A DNA stretch of 64,000 nt from Caldilineales bacterium (GCA_025055015.1 JANWYQ010000131.1:1856-65855); one strand, 5' to 3'; positions 9,322-19,739 are shown, counted from the stretch's first letter. Numbers and translations are program-made. Notes: generated by a model not told the origin, from the sequence alone.

Positions 9322-11115
9322 CTAGCGATGGACGGTCACCTCGGCCAGCAGCACGCTGTCGCGGCCGTCGTCGGTGCGCAGGCGGGGGAGGCCGGGCCGA
9401 CCCGCGTCGTACAGCCCCGCCACCAGCCGATAGGCGCCCGGCGGCAGGTCCGCCGGCAGGGGGAGCACGTAGGGGTCCTCTACGACCTCGCCTGCCAGCC
9501 AGGTGTTGGTGGGCTTGCGGCCGCCCAGGGGCACGTGGTCGTCCTGCGCCACCAGGCGGCCCTCGGCGTCCAGCAGGTGCACGAAGCCGGTGTAGGAGGT
9601 CTCCATGCGCTGCACGGCACGCCAGCCCAGGGTGATGGCCAGCGCCTGGCCGGGCCGCAGGTCCGCCGGGTCGCTGTCCCAGCGCGCGCCCAGCAGCTCG
9701 ACGAGGAAGGCGAAGTTGGCAGGGCCCCCGACGTCGAGGGGCGCGCTCGGTTGAAAGCGCCGGGTGCTGGGGAGCACGGTGATGGCCAGATCCGCCGTCT
9801 GGCCGGCGAAGGGGGCGTCGTTGCGGCCGGCGGCCGGGTTCAACAGGCCCAGGCGCAGCTGCCGAGGGCCGGGCGCCATGTCCGGCGATGGAACGACGGC
9901 GACCTGGCCGCGCACCACCGCGCCCACCGGCCACCGGCTGGTGGGGAAGCCCTGGGCGGTGGGCGAGAGCCAGCTGTCGCCCGGCTGCGCCCGGCCGTCC
10001 GGCTCCACCCACCGGTAGCCGAAGGGATAGTCGCGCTCGACAGGCTGGGTGGCCTGCCACCAGGTGTTCACCCGGATCGGCTCGCCCGGCTCCACCTCCG
10101 TGCGGTCGGCGGTCAGCGCCAGCAGCAGGATGCCCGGCGCAGCCTCGATGGCCTGGGCGTCGGCAGGCGGGCCGTTGGGGCCGTCGGTCACCAGCCCCTG
10201 GGCCACCACCGGCTCCAGCCACGCCCAACGCCCCTGGGGCGCACCGGCCGCGTCCAACACGTCCAGAGCCTGGCCGCTGTCCGCGTCGTACACGCCCAGG
10301 CGCAGGCGGTACTCGCCCGGCGGGGTGCCCAGGTCGGCAGGGACGTCCAGCCGGCTGAGGACCGCCACGCCCGCCGGCCAGCGGAAGGTGGGGTAGGTGT
10401 AGGCAGCCAGCCGGCGGTCCAGGGGCGCGCTCCAGGCCTCGTCGGTGTAGCGGCCGTAGAGGGCGGCAGTGAGCTTGAGATCGGCCGTCAGCGGCTGCAG
10501 CGCCTGCCAGAAGAGGTAGACGGGGCACAGGGGCTGCGCGCAAGGGGGCTGGGAGTAGCCCAGCAGCAGCACCTGGCCGCCGAAGTTGACGTTCAGGGCC
10601 TGGCCCTGGTAGGCGGCGGTGAGGGGGAGCTCGGTGGGGAAGGCCGTCTCCTGGCCCACGGCGCCGACGAAGCGGTAGTGCTGCGGCGCGCCCAGGCCCC
10701 AAAAGCTGGCCTCCGCCGGCCGGGCGTCGCCGACGGTGTCCAGCAGGAAGGGCACCACGCCGTTGGGGTCCACCACCTCGGCCTGCCACTGCACCAGCCA
10801 GGCCCCGCGGCGACCGGCCAGCGCGGCGTTCATCGGCTGGGCCACCCGCAGGTCCAGCACGGCGTTCACGTCCAGGGTTTCGATCTCCGGCAGCCGCACC
10901 GGCTCCACGTCGGCCGCATAGTAGCGCCAGGCGGGGTAGGCGTGGCCGCTCACCAGCACCACGCGCTCGTCCGGCCGCAGCTGAGATTTGACATAAGCAA
11001 CCGCACCGCGCCAGTCGTCCTTGGTGAAGGCGGGGTCGGTGAACCAGGCGCGGGTGGAGGAGGCGAAGAGGAGAAGGAGGAAAAGAAGGGAAAGGAGGGA
11101 AAGAAGGGACGGCAA
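9322..11115 (-). CDS. large extracytoplasmic domain protein, probably the C-terminal part of the upstream GT-C glycosyltransferase (frameshift or fusion) or a separate anchored protein
   Basis: Strong G/C third-position bias from about 11050 downward. N-terminus is hydrophobic and low-complexity. No recognisable catalytic motif. The TTG start call is uncertain. Confidence 0.45.
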   Translation of the reverse strand: MPSLLSLLSLLFLLLLFASSTRAWFTDPAFTKDDWRGAVAYVKSQLRPDERVVLVSGHAYPAWRYYAADVEPVRLPEIETLDVNAVLDLRVAQPMNAALAGRRGAWLVQWQAEVVDPNGVVPFLLDTVGDARPAEASFWGLGAPQHYRFVGAVGQETAFPTELPLTAAYQGQALNVNFGGQVLLLGYSQPPCAQPLCPVYLFWQALQPLTADLKLTAALYGRYTDEAWSAPLDRRLAAYTYPTFRWPAGVAVLSRLDVPADLGTPPGEYRLRLGVYDADSGQALDVLDAAGAPQGRWAWLEPVVAQGLVTDGPNGPPADAQAIEAAPGILLLALTADRTEVEPGEPIRVNTWWQATQPVERDYPFGYRWVEPDGRAQPGDSWLSPTAQGFPTSRWPVGAVVRGQVAVVPSPDMAPGPRQLRLGLLNPAAGRNDAPFAGQTADLAITVLPSTRRFQPSAPLDVGGPANFAFLVELLGARWDSDPADLRPGQALAITLGWRAVQRMETSYTGFVHLLDAEGRLVAQDDHVPLGGRKPTNTWLAGEVVEDPYVLPLPADLPPGAYRLVAGLYDAGRPGLPRLRTDDGRDSVLLAEVTVHR

Positions 11116-12386
11116 ACGGTGAACGGTGGGCGGTGGGCGGCGGGCGGCAGGCGGTGGCCGGTGGGAGTAGAACGGACGGTAGAGGGGCTACGGTCGGCGG
11201 TTTGCGCAAAGGGGAGGGAGAGGGCGCCGGCCAGGAGCAGGAGGAAGGCGGGGGAGGCCAGCATCAGGTAGCGCGGGTTGAACTTGGGGTTGCTGTAGCT
11301 GAGCAGCAAGATGCTGACCAGCGGCCCCAGCAGGTAGATCAGCACGAAGAGGACCGCTCCGCAGCGCGGCAGTGCGGCCGGCCCGTCGGCCGATCTGCCG
11401 CCCTGGTCCCCAAGCTGGCCCCCCTCCCAGGCATCGCCCCCCTTGGCAGCGGCCGCCTGAGCCCATGGGCGCCTCCGGCAGCCGGCCCAGAGCAGCGCCC
11501 CCGCGCCCGCCGCCGCCAGGCCCACCACGGCCCAGGCCAGGGGCGCCGCCCGCTGCTCCAGCATGGTCTCGCCCACGGTGAAGCTGATGGCCACGTGGCG
11601 GAGGGCCTCGTCCAGCTTCAGCGTGCCCCGCCAGTAGCTGGCGTCCTCGCCGAAGCGGCGCAGCGCGTTGGGCAGCCAGGGCAGGTAGGCCGCCGCCATC
11701 ACGGCCGCTGCCAGGCCACCCTCGGCCAACAGGCGCCCCCGCGGCCGCAGCCCGCCGGCCAGCCACGCCAAGGCGAAGTACAGCCCGAAGGAGGCCAGCA
11801 GAAACGCGGCGAAGTAGTGGGTATAGAGCGCGGCCACGCCGGCCAGGACGAACACCGCCCACCACCGCAGCCGGTCGGCTGGACTGGCCCCGGCGGCCGA
11901 GCCTGTCGAAGCCCCGGCGGCCTCCACCCGCAGCAGCGCATACCCCGCCAGCATCCCCAGCGCGGTCAACAGGGTGTACATGCGCGCCTCCTGGCTGTAG
12001 TACACCCACAGGGGATGTACCGCGGCCATCAGCGCAACCACTAGCCCGGCGGTGCGCCCGAACAGCCGCCGGCCCAGCGCATAGACCAGCGCCACCATCA
12101 GGACGCCGAACCACGCCGAGGGGAAGCGCAGGGCCCACTCGCCCAGGCCGGCCAGCCGCGTCCACCCCGCCACCGCGGCGTAGTACAGCGGCGGCTGGAT
12201 GTCGTCCGCGGTCCACCGCGCCAGCTCCGCCAGGCCCTGTTGCACCACCTGCGCGGTCACCGCCTCGTCGTACCACAGGGATTGGGCGTCCAGGCGGTAG
12301 ACGCGCAGCGCAAAGGCCAGGGCCAGCACGGCCACCAAGGCCCAGCGTGGGGCTACCCGGCGTTGCCGATCGGCGAGCACGGCCAT
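10950..12386 (-). CDS. GT-C family glycosyltransferase, PMT_2/ArnT-like membrane domain; coding signal in this frame ends near 11200
   Basis: SLWYDEAVTAQ (the DE motif of GT39/GT83 transferases) and about 11 TM helices. The last ~80 codons of the called ORF are proline/serine low-complexity and overlap the next ORF in another frame. Confidence 0.6.
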   Translation of the reverse strand: MAVLADRQRRVAPRWALVAVLALAFALRVYRLDAQSLWYDEAVTAQVVQQGLAELARWTADDIQPPLYYAAVAGWTRLAGLGEWALRFPSAWFGVLMVALVYALGRRLFGRTAGLVVALMAAVHPLWVYYSQEARMYTLLTALGMLAGYALLRVEAAGASTGSAAGASPADRLRWWAVFVLAGVAALYTHYFAAFLLASFGLYFALAWLAGGLRPRGRLLAEGGLAAAVMAAAYLPWLPNALRRFGEDASYWRGTLKLDEALRHVAISFTVGETMLEQRAAPLAWAVVGLAAAGAGALLWAGCRRRPWAQAAAAKGGDAWEGGQLGDQGGRSADGPAALPRCGAVLFVLIYLLGPLVSILLLSYSNPKFNPRYLMLASPAFLLLLAGALSLPFAQTADRSPSTVRSTPTGHRLPPAAHRPPFTVCRPFFPSFPFFSSFSSSPPPPAPGSPTPPSPRTTGAVRLLMSNLSCGRTSAWCW

Positions 12387-12472
12387 TGCGCCTCGATCCA
12401 TCCAACGAACCAACCGCGCGACCACACGGCCGCACAACCTCCTGATCGCAGGAGCAGCACGATCTCACCGCC

Positions 12473-13582
12473 TCACGCCCGCCCGAACTCCCTGACCGCC
12501 GCCGCCACGCGCGCCACGTCGGTCGGGGCAAGCTGCGGATACATGGGCAGGGAGAGCACCTCGGCGGCCGCGGCCTCGGTGGCCGGCAGGCCGCCGGCGG
12601 GCGCCAGGCGGCGGTAGGCGGGCTGTTGGTGAACCGGTACGGGGTAGTGGATGGCTGTGGCCACGCCACAGCGGGCCAGGTGGGCGACCAGGGCTTTCCG
12701 CTGCCGCGTGCGCACCACGTACAGGTGGTAGACGTGCTCGTTGCCCGGCGCTACCGCCGGCGGGACCACGTCCGCTCCGGCCAGCAGCTTGTCGTACAGC
12801 TGCGCCAGGGCTTGCCGCTGTCGGTTCCACCGCTCTAGGTGGCGCAGCTTGACCCGCAGCAGCGCAGCCTGGAGCTCGTCCAGCCGGCTGTTGACCCCTG
12901 CCACGTCGCTGACGTAGCGCTCCCGCCAGCCGTATTGCCGCAGCAGCCGCACCCGCTCGGCCACCTCCGGCCGGCGGCTAACCACCATGCCGCCGTCGCC
13001 GGCTGCGCCCAGGTTCTTGGTGGGGTAAAAGCTAAAACAGCCCGCGTCCCCTACCGTGCCCACGGGCCGGCCTCGCCAGCGCGCGCCGTGGGCCTGGGCG
13101 CAGTCCTCGACGAGCCACAGCCCATGGTGGGCGGCCAGGGCCCCCAGGCGGTCCAGGTCGGCGGCCTGGCCGTACAGGTGCACGGCCACGATGGCCCGGG
13201 CGCGGGGGCCGATCACCCGGTCGGCGTGGTCCGGGTCCAGAGTGTAGGTGTCGGGCCGGATGTCGGCGAAGACGGGGGTGGCGCCGGCCATCTCCACCGC
13301 GGCGACGGTGGCCACCGCGGTGTGGCTGGGCACGATCACCTCGTCGCCGGGGACCACGCCGCAGGCCCGCAGGGCCAGGTGGAGCGCGTCGGTGCCGGAG
13401 TTGACGCCCACGGCCGCCTCGGCGGGCAGGCCCAGCCAGGCGGCGAACTCCGCCTCGAAGCGGCGGACCTGCTCGCCCAGCACGTACCAGCCGGAGCGCA
13501 GCACCTCCAGCGCTGCGGCCTCCAGCTCCTGGGCCAGCTCGGCGTGGGCAGCCTGCAGGTCAAGGATCGGAACGGTGCTCAT
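12473..13582 (-). CDS. DegT/DnrJ/EryC1/StrS family sugar aminotransferase (ArnB-like), PLP-dependent
   Basis: Family-wide conservation (VNSGTDALHLAL, FSFYPTKNLGA..DGG, lysine region). Confidence 0.85.
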   Translation of the reverse strand: MSTVPILDLQAAHAELAQELEAAALEVLRSGWYVLGEQVRRFEAEFAAWLGLPAEAAVGVNSGTDALHLALRACGVVPGDEVIVPSHTAVATVAAVEMAGATPVFADIRPDTYTLDPDHADRVIGPRARAIVAVHLYGQAADLDRLGALAAHHGLWLVEDCAQAHGARWRGRPVGTVGDAGCFSFYPTKNLGAAGDGGMVVSRRPEVAERVRLLRQYGWRERYVSDVAGVNSRLDELQAALLRVKLRHLERWNRQRQALAQLYDKLLAGADVVPPAVAPGNEHVYHLYVVRTRQRKALVAHLARCGVATAIHYPVPVHQQPAYRRLAPAGGLPATEAAAAEVLSLPMYPQLAPTDVARVAAAVREFGRA

Positions 13583-14652
13583 GGTACGTAGTGCTGCCAG
13601 TGTTGGCGGTAGTAGGCGATCATGCGCGCCAGGCCCTCGGCCAGGGGCGTGGTGGGCTGCCAGCCCAGGGCTTGCTGGATGGCCGCGTAGCTGGAGTACA
13701 CGTCGCCCACGTCAATGCGGCGCCGGTTCTCCGGCCACGGCACCAGCTCCACCTGACCCCGGCCGGCGATGGCCACGATGAGGCGCGCCAGGTCCACCAG
13801 GGCGATGGGCTCGCTGCCGCCTAGGTTGAACACCCGGCCGTCGGCCGCGTCGCTGGCGCCCGCGCGCAGAAAGGCGTCCACCACGTCATCCACGTAGGTC
13901 AGGTCGCGGCGCTGGCGGCCGTCGCCGTAGACCTGGATGGTGCGCCCCTCCATGGCCAGGCGCACGAACCAGGCGATGAAGCCCTGGCGGCTGTGGCGCA
14001 TGAGCTGTCGGGGGCCGTAGGTGTTGGTAAGGCGCAGGCTGCAGGTGCGCAGGCCGTAGGCTGTTCCGTACACCAGGTGAAAGAGCTCGCCCGCCAGCTT
14101 GTTGACGCCGTTGACGTCGGTGGGACGGTTGGGGTGCGCCTCGTCCAGGGGCAGGTAGAGGGGCCGGCCGTAGCACTGGCGGGTGCCGGCGTACACGACC
14201 TTGGCGTCGGGGCTGTGGCGGCGGCAGGCCTCCAACAGGCTCAGCGGGCCGCGCGCGTTCAGCTCTAAGTCGTTGAACGGGTCCACCATGGAGTCCAGGT
14301 GGCTTACCTGGCCGGCCAGGTTGAACACCACCTGGCAGCCGGCCACCAGGGCGTCCATGGCCTCTCGGTCGCGCACGTCGGCGATGTGAACCTGCAGGCG
14401 GTCGCGCATGTCGGCCAGGTTGAAGGGGTTGCCGCCGCAGTCGGGCGCCAGCGAGTCTACCACCACCACGTCGGCGCCCAGCTCCACCAACCGCCGGGCC
14501 AGGTTGGAGCCGATGAACCCCAGCCCGCCGGTGACCAGCACGCGGCGACCGCGATAGAACTCGTAGACTGGACCAGCCTCAGGCGCGGCGATCCCCGGCG
14601 TGCTGCGAGGCAGGCTGGCCCAGTCTGGTGGCGTGGAAGATACGCGGTTCAT
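13579..14652 (-). CDS. NAD-dependent nucleotide-sugar epimerase/dehydratase (SDR family)
   Basis: VLVTGGLGFIGSNL Rossmann motif and the YxxxK-containing region. Overlaps the downstream DegT gene by 4 nt (ATGA). Confidence 0.85.
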   Translation of the reverse strand: MNRVSSTPPDWASLPRSTPGIAAPEAGPVYEFYRGRRVLVTGGLGFIGSNLARRLVELGADVVVVDSLAPDCGGNPFNLADMRDRLQVHIADVRDREAMDALVAGCQVVFNLAGQVSHLDSMVDPFNDLELNARGPLSLLEACRRHSPDAKVVYAGTRQCYGRPLYLPLDEAHPNRPTDVNGVNKLAGELFHLVYGTAYGLRTCSLRLTNTYGPRQLMRHSRQGFIAWFVRLAMEGRTIQVYGDGRQRRDLTYVDDVVDAFLRAGASDAADGRVFNLGGSEPIALVDLARLIVAIAGRGQVELVPWPENRRRIDVGDVYSSYAAIQQALGWQPTTPLAEGLARMIAYYRQHWQHYVP

Positions 14653-14658
14653 GCTCGT

Positions 14659-17271
14659 CTATTGGCTGGCGCAGGCCTCTGCAGCTACGGCGCAGGCCAG
14701 GTCGGGCGCCGGCCGGGCGGTGGCGTCCACCTCTAGCTCGCCGATAGCCAGGCTGTCGCCCACCGGCAGGCCGTCCGCGCCCAGCAGCGCCAGGCGCTCC
14801 AGCGTCTCCCAGTAGTACCAGCCGATCACCAGGCGATAGCGCCCCGGCGGCAGGTCTGCCGGTACCTGGATGGCGTAGGCAGCGACCACGGGCTGACCCG
14901 CCGCCCACTGCGAGGTGGGCAAGGGCCCGAACCAGCGCGGGGGCGCGTCGCCCTGGGCGACGTTGCGGTCCGCAGCGTCGCGCACGTGGACAAAGACTGT
15001 GTAGTCCCGCAGGGCGGGGCCGCTGCCCTCCCAGCGCAGCACCAGCCGCGCGATGGAGTCCGGCGCCGTGCGCGGGGGCAGGGCCACGCCGGTGAGCCGC
15101 GCGGTCCAGCCGTCGCCGCCGAACAGAGCGTCGGCCGGCTTGAGCGCGGGCGGCGGCGCAGGGACCAGTCGGCTGCGCTCCCAGCGCTGGGGCGCCAGGC
15201 GGACCCAGGTGTTGCCCTCGAACAGGGCGGTGTCCGCTGCGTCGGCGGGGGTGCGGTCCACGGCCGGCCAGCGGCGGCCCACGTCCTCCCACGAGCCGCC
15301 GCTGTGGACGCCCACAGCCGGCGCCCACTCCTTGGGCAGGTACCAGGGCAGGCGAGCGACGACCACCGTCTCGCCCACGGGCCATGCCTCCGGCGGGAAC
15401 CACAGGGGCTGGATGAAGGGCCGCAGGTCGGTGCTGTCCACCTCCTGGCCGTCCGGGGTGAGCACGAAGAGGCGCAGCTGGGTGTCGGGCGGCAGCGGCT
15501 CCAGCGCCTGCCAGTACAGCCGGAAGCCCACCGTGCGCCAGCGGCGGTCCTCCAGCAGGTCGTAGCCCACCAGGCGCAGCCGGCCGTCGAAGGTCACGTC
15601 CAGCTTGACCTGGGGCTCGCCGGCCGGCCGGGCAAAGGTGAAGAACTCGTCGGGCAGGGCGGCTGTCCAGGGCGAGGGGCCGGCCACAGGGCTCGCCTGT
15701 CGGGCCAGCAGCAGGTAGCCGTCCGCCCCGTCCTGCACCCGCCACTGTCCAGAGCCGATCATCTCAGCCACTTGGTCACGCAGGGCTGTGGGGTGCATGG
15801 CCCATCCGGTCTGCGCGGCCAGGTCCATCAGCACGTACTCGGCGTCGGCCACGGTGGGAAGGCTGTAGATGCGCTGCCGGTGGCTCAGGTGGGGATAGAG
15901 CACGTCGGTGGTCGCCACGGCCGCGTCGGCCGGGATCTGCGCGATGAAGCGAGCCAGCAGCCGGTGATGGTCGGTGATCGGCGGCCAGTAGTAGCGGAAC
16001 TGACGGCCGATGGGGGTGTAGCCCCAGGCTGCCTGGCTGCCCAGGCTCCAGACCACTAGCCAGCCGATCAAGAACAGGTAGCGATGGTGGGCGCGCCAGA
16101 GCCGGCGATGGCGGCTGAGCAGCACCACGCGGCGCGCCTGGCTGCGCAGGCGGTGGCTGCCCACCACGGCGGCCACCAAGGCATAGGCCGCCAGGGGCGC
16201 GGAGTAGTGAAGCTGGCCGCTGTACTGGAAGGCGAAGCCGCTGAGCAGGTTGGCCAGGAAGAGGGGCAGCCCCAGCGCCAGGTAGTCGGGCGCAAAGAGA
16301 GCTAGGAAGCCCACGGGCGCCAGCAGTCGCAGCGCGTAGGCGATGCGCATGGGCTCCAGCGCGATCTGGAGCACCAGCAACGGCCGGGTCACCAGGCTGC
16401 GCAGCACGTCGCCGAAGCTGTCGCCCAGCGCGCCGAAGCGCGCTGCGTAGGGCGTCTCGCTCAAGCCGTAGGCCTCGGCGGCGTGGGCGGGGATGACCAC
16501 AAAGGTGGCCAGGTAGAACCAGGCCAGGCCGCCGACTAGGACCAGGCCGCCGGCCGCCAGGGCCGCACGGGCCGCCGGCGCGTCGGCGCCCTCCTGCCGC
16601 CGCAGCCGAAGGCCCAGCACCAAGGCGTAGACGCCCAGGGCTGCGGCCAGCAGCGCCGTTCCCTCCTGCACGGCGGCCACCAGCAGCGCGGCCAGGGCAA
16701 AGCGAACCCACTGCCCCCGCGCAGCGAAGAGAAACGCAAAGAGGATGAAGGGCGTGGCCAGCGGCAGGGCGTGGAACTCGGCCACGTTGGCAGCCTGGAG
16801 GGGCGGATAGAGCAGGTAGGCCAGGGCAAAGGCCAGGGCCAGCAGGCCGAGGTAGCGTCGGCTGCGCAGCCCTTGTTGCCGCTGGCTGCCGAAGCGCTGC
16901 CATGCCAGGCTGAACACGGGCCAGGCGCCCACCGCCAGCGCCACCGACTGCACCACCAGCAGGGCCCGCACGTCGTCCCACACCCAGAACACGGGGGCCA
17001 CCAAAGCAAAGATGGGCTCCACGTGGTCGGTCAGCCGTGTGCTGACCTGGTCTCCCTTGATCTCCTGCACGAAGCGGCCCTGGCTGGTGTTCCAGATGGC
17101 CTGGTCAATCTGCCCTAGGTCGGCCCGGTGGGTGCGATGGGCCTCGTGCTGGCGGATGGAGAGGGCAGAGAAGTAGAGGGCGTAGGCTGCCACCATGAGC
17201 CACAGCGCAGCCATAGCCCAGCGCGGCGGCCGCCCTGGCTGCGTCCCCCGCGGTTGGGGCGCGTTGTTCAT
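14659..17271 (-). CDS. DUF2079-like large membrane protein (GT-C-like) with C-terminal extracytoplasmic domain
   Basis: HRADLGQIDQAIWNTSQGRF motif as I recall for DUF2079 and about 12 TM helices followed by a roughly 400-aa soluble domain. Family assignment is from memory. Confidence 0.55.
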   Translation of the reverse strand: MNNAPQPRGTQPGRPPRWAMAALWLMVAAYALYFSALSIRQHEAHRTHRADLGQIDQAIWNTSQGRFVQEIKGDQVSTRLTDHVEPIFALVAPVFWVWDDVRALLVVQSVALAVGAWPVFSLAWQRFGSQRQQGLRSRRYLGLLALAFALAYLLYPPLQAANVAEFHALPLATPFILFAFLFAARGQWVRFALAALLVAAVQEGTALLAAALGVYALVLGLRLRRQEGADAPAARAALAAGGLVLVGGLAWFYLATFVVIPAHAAEAYGLSETPYAARFGALGDSFGDVLRSLVTRPLLVLQIALEPMRIAYALRLLAPVGFLALFAPDYLALGLPLFLANLLSGFAFQYSGQLHYSAPLAAYALVAAVVGSHRLRSQARRVVLLSRHRRLWRAHHRYLFLIGWLVVWSLGSQAAWGYTPIGRQFRYYWPPITDHHRLLARFIAQIPADAAVATTDVLYPHLSHRQRIYSLPTVADAEYVLMDLAAQTGWAMHPTALRDQVAEMIGSGQWRVQDGADGYLLLARQASPVAGPSPWTAALPDEFFTFARPAGEPQVKLDVTFDGRLRLVGYDLLEDRRWRTVGFRLYWQALEPLPPDTQLRLFVLTPDGQEVDSTDLRPFIQPLWFPPEAWPVGETVVVARLPWYLPKEWAPAVGVHSGGSWEDVGRRWPAVDRTPADAADTALFEGNTWVRLAPQRWERSRLVPAPPPALKPADALFGGDGWTARLTGVALPPRTAPDSIARLVLRWEGSGPALRDYTVFVHVRDAADRNVAQGDAPPRWFGPLPTSQWAAGQPVVAAYAIQVPADLPPGRYRLVIGWYYWETLERLALLGADGLPVGDSLAIGELEVDATARPAPDLACAVAAEACASQ

Positions 17272-18308
17272 GCCTGGGCCTCCTGAGAGGCTTCCCGGTC
17301 GGCCTCATGCCGCACAGGGGGAGGAAGGGCTTCCTCGGCCCCGCGGCGACGGCCCAGGAGCACGGCCAGGGCGACGCCCAGCAGCTCGCCGGCCACCATC
17401 CACAGCCGAGCTGCCAGGGCCACGACGGTGGGCGCGGGCGCAGGAAGGATGGGGGTCAGCAACAGCACCATGACCCCCTCGCGCACGCCAAGGCCGCTGG
17501 GGGTGAGCAAGCTGAGATAGCCGATGACGTAGGCTGCAGCCCAGGTGGCCACCAGCGCCGGCGCCTCCGCCCGGCCGACAGACGTCACCGAGGCCGCCAA
17601 GAGGGCGAAGGCGCCGCCCATGATCAGCCACACGCCCAGGTAACCCAGGAGCGCCGCCGCCACCTGTTGCCAGGTGAGGGTCACCTGCACCGGCGGCCGC
17701 CGCAGGAGGCGCAAGGCCTGGTTGAGCAGCCACTCCAACAGCCGCGGATGGCAGAACACCAGGCCCAGGGGCACCAGCCACAGCGCAGGGCGCACGGCCT
17801 CCAGGAGCGCGCCCTGGCCGGCCGCGGCGAAGTAGACCGCCGCCACCACCAGGCCCACGGCGGTGCTCAGGGCCTGGTGGAGAGCGATGCTGGTGAAGGT
17901 GGTGAGCCGGCCGACGCCGCTGTCGGCGGCCAGCTCGGCCATGCCCAGGAACTGCCAGATGTTGCCGGGGATGTAGCGCACCAGGTTGGAGTAGAACCAG
18001 ACTTGAGCGGCGCGGCGCCAGGACAGCGCTCCCCCCACGCCGGCCAACAGGAAGCGCCAGATGGAGAGCTCCACCAGCCAGGCTGCCAGCAGGCCCCCCA
18101 GGCTGAGGACCAGCCAAGCGGGCCGCAAGGTCCAGGGGAAGGCCCGCAGCTCCTGCCACTGGCTGATCACCAGGGCGGCCAGAAAGCCTAGCGATGCGAC
18201 CACCGCGGCCAGACGAACAGCCTTCTTCCAGCGGCCCGCAGGCCGGGAGGCAACCGCCGGTGGGCCAGCTTCCTGGGCTGCGGCGGCCGGTTCTCTCAAA
18301 AGCGCCAT
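17268..18308 (-). CDS. UPF0104 / lysylphosphatidylglycerol-synthase-TM-like flippase-like membrane protein
   Basis: Conserved PSGLGVREG motif and 8 TM helices. Overlaps the neighbouring gene by 4 nt. Confidence 0.6.
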   Translation of the reverse strand: MALLREPAAAAQEAGPPAVASRPAGRWKKAVRLAAVVASLGFLAALVISQWQELRAFPWTLRPAWLVLSLGGLLAAWLVELSIWRFLLAGVGGALSWRRAAQVWFYSNLVRYIPGNIWQFLGMAELAADSGVGRLTTFTSIALHQALSTAVGLVVAAVYFAAAGQGALLEAVRPALWLVPLGLVFCHPRLLEWLLNQALRLLRRPPVQVTLTWQQVAAALLGYLGVWLIMGGAFALLAASVTSVGRAEAPALVATWAAAYVIGYLSLLTPSGLGVREGVMVLLLTPILPAPAPTVVALAARLWMVAGELLGVALAVLLGRRRGAEEALPPPVRHEADREASQEAQA

Positions 18309-18317
18309 GCCGCTATT

Positions 18318-19601
18318 CTACCCCTGCCCCGCGAGGCGCGCAAAGTGGTCTAAGTACCGGCGGGCCAGGGGAGGCCAGCCGAACTCGGTCTCCACCAGCC
18401 GGCGGCCGGCTGCACCCATGGCCTGGCGCTGTTCGGGCGAGAGGGCAGCCAGGCGCAGGATGGCGCCGGCCAGGGCGGCGGGGTCCTGCTCCGGGATCAG
18501 GTAGCCGTTGACGCCGTTGCGGATCACCAGCTCGTTGCCGGCGGCCGTGCTGCCGATCACCGGCTTGGCGCAGGCCATGGCATCCAGCACGCATACGTTC
18601 AGGCCGTCGGCCGGCCGGGTGACCGAGGGCATGACCAGCGCGTCGGCCGCGTTGTAGTAGGCGGGGATCCGGTCGAAAGGCACGCGGCCCACCCAATGCA
18701 CGCAGCCCTCCAGCCCCAGGTCTCGCGCCAGCGCCTGCCACGCCTGCCACAGGTCGCCGTCTCCCACCAGGGCTAGGTGGATGGGGGGCAGGCGGTGGGG
18801 GCCGGCAGGGGAGGGCGAGCAGGCCAACAGGCCGCTCTGTCTCAGGACGCCCAGGCTGCGCAGCAGCACGTCGAAGCCCTTCTTGTAGACCATGCGGCCC
18901 ACGGCCAGCAGCAGGAGCGCGTCGGCCGGCACGCCCAGGCTGGCCCGCAGCTCGGCCGTCCCGGTGGGGTCGGGGCGCAGCGCGCCGGGGTCCACGCCGT
19001 AGATGATCAGGTCAAAGCGAGCAGGGTCTGCGCCCAGGTCGCGGACCGCTACCTCCTGCAGCGCGTGGCTGTTGGCCGTCACCAGGCCGGCCTGGTCCAG
19101 GGCGAAGCGGGCCATGCGGCGAAAGAGGGGGTTCTGGCCGGCTACCAGCGCGTCGGAGCCGGGGATGGAGACCACCAGGGGGATGCCCAGCAGCCGGCCG
19201 GCCGCGGCGCCGAAGAAGCCGTTGGGCAGCAGCCAGTGGGCGTGGATCACGTCGGGGCGATGGCGACGGCACCAGCGGAGCGCGGCGGCCACGCCAGCGG
19301 CGAAGAAGGCCGGGGCCAGCCAGTAGGTTTCCCGCCGCATGCGGACGTCGGCCTCCATGGTGCGCATGTAGCCCAGGCGGTGCCAGTCGCCGCGCGGGGC
19401 GTAGCGCCACAGGTAGAGCTGCGGCCGATGGGAGGCTTGGGGCCCGGCCTGCCCGTCAACGGTGTAGGCGGCGTCCCACGGGGCCAGCACCGAGACGCGG
19501 TGGCCCTGCCGCGCCAGCTCCTGGCTCAGCGCGGCCACAAAGCTGCCGCTGAAGTCGCCGGGGAAACGAGGGTAGTTGTGGGTGAGAACGGCGATGTGCA
19601 T
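18318..19601 (-). CDS. glycosyltransferase family 1 (GT4-type, GT-B fold)
   Basis: Glycos_transf_1 C-terminal region (E-x7-E context, GFDVLLRSL, NAADALVMPS). Start taken at MHIAVLTHNYP. Confidence 0.8.
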   Translation of the reverse strand: MHIAVLTHNYPRFPGDFSGSFVAALSQELARQGHRVSVLAPWDAAYTVDGQAGPQASHRPQLYLWRYAPRGDWHRLGYMRTMEADVRMRRETYWLAPAFFAAGVAAALRWCRRHRPDVIHAHWLLPNGFFGAAAGRLLGIPLVVSIPGSDALVAGQNPLFRRMARFALDQAGLVTANSHALQEVAVRDLGADPARFDLIIYGVDPGALRPDPTGTAELRASLGVPADALLLLAVGRMVYKKGFDVLLRSLGVLRQSGLLACSPSPAGPHRLPPIHLALVGDGDLWQAWQALARDLGLEGCVHWVGRVPFDRIPAYYNAADALVMPSVTRPADGLNVCVLDAMACAKPVIGSTAAGNELVIRNGVNGYLIPEQDPAALAGAILRLAALSPEQRQAMGAAGRRLVETEFGWPPLARRYLDHFARLAGQG

Positions 19602-19739
19602 GGAGAAAGGGCTAGCCGCGAAGTAGGCCACGGCTGTGGCCCAGGGCAAGAGGGGATTATAGCATCGGGCCGACGGCGGGGCAATTGGACGGCGCTATGA
19701 TTTGGGGCCGGACGGCGGATGCGGTATAAGGGGTCGGCT

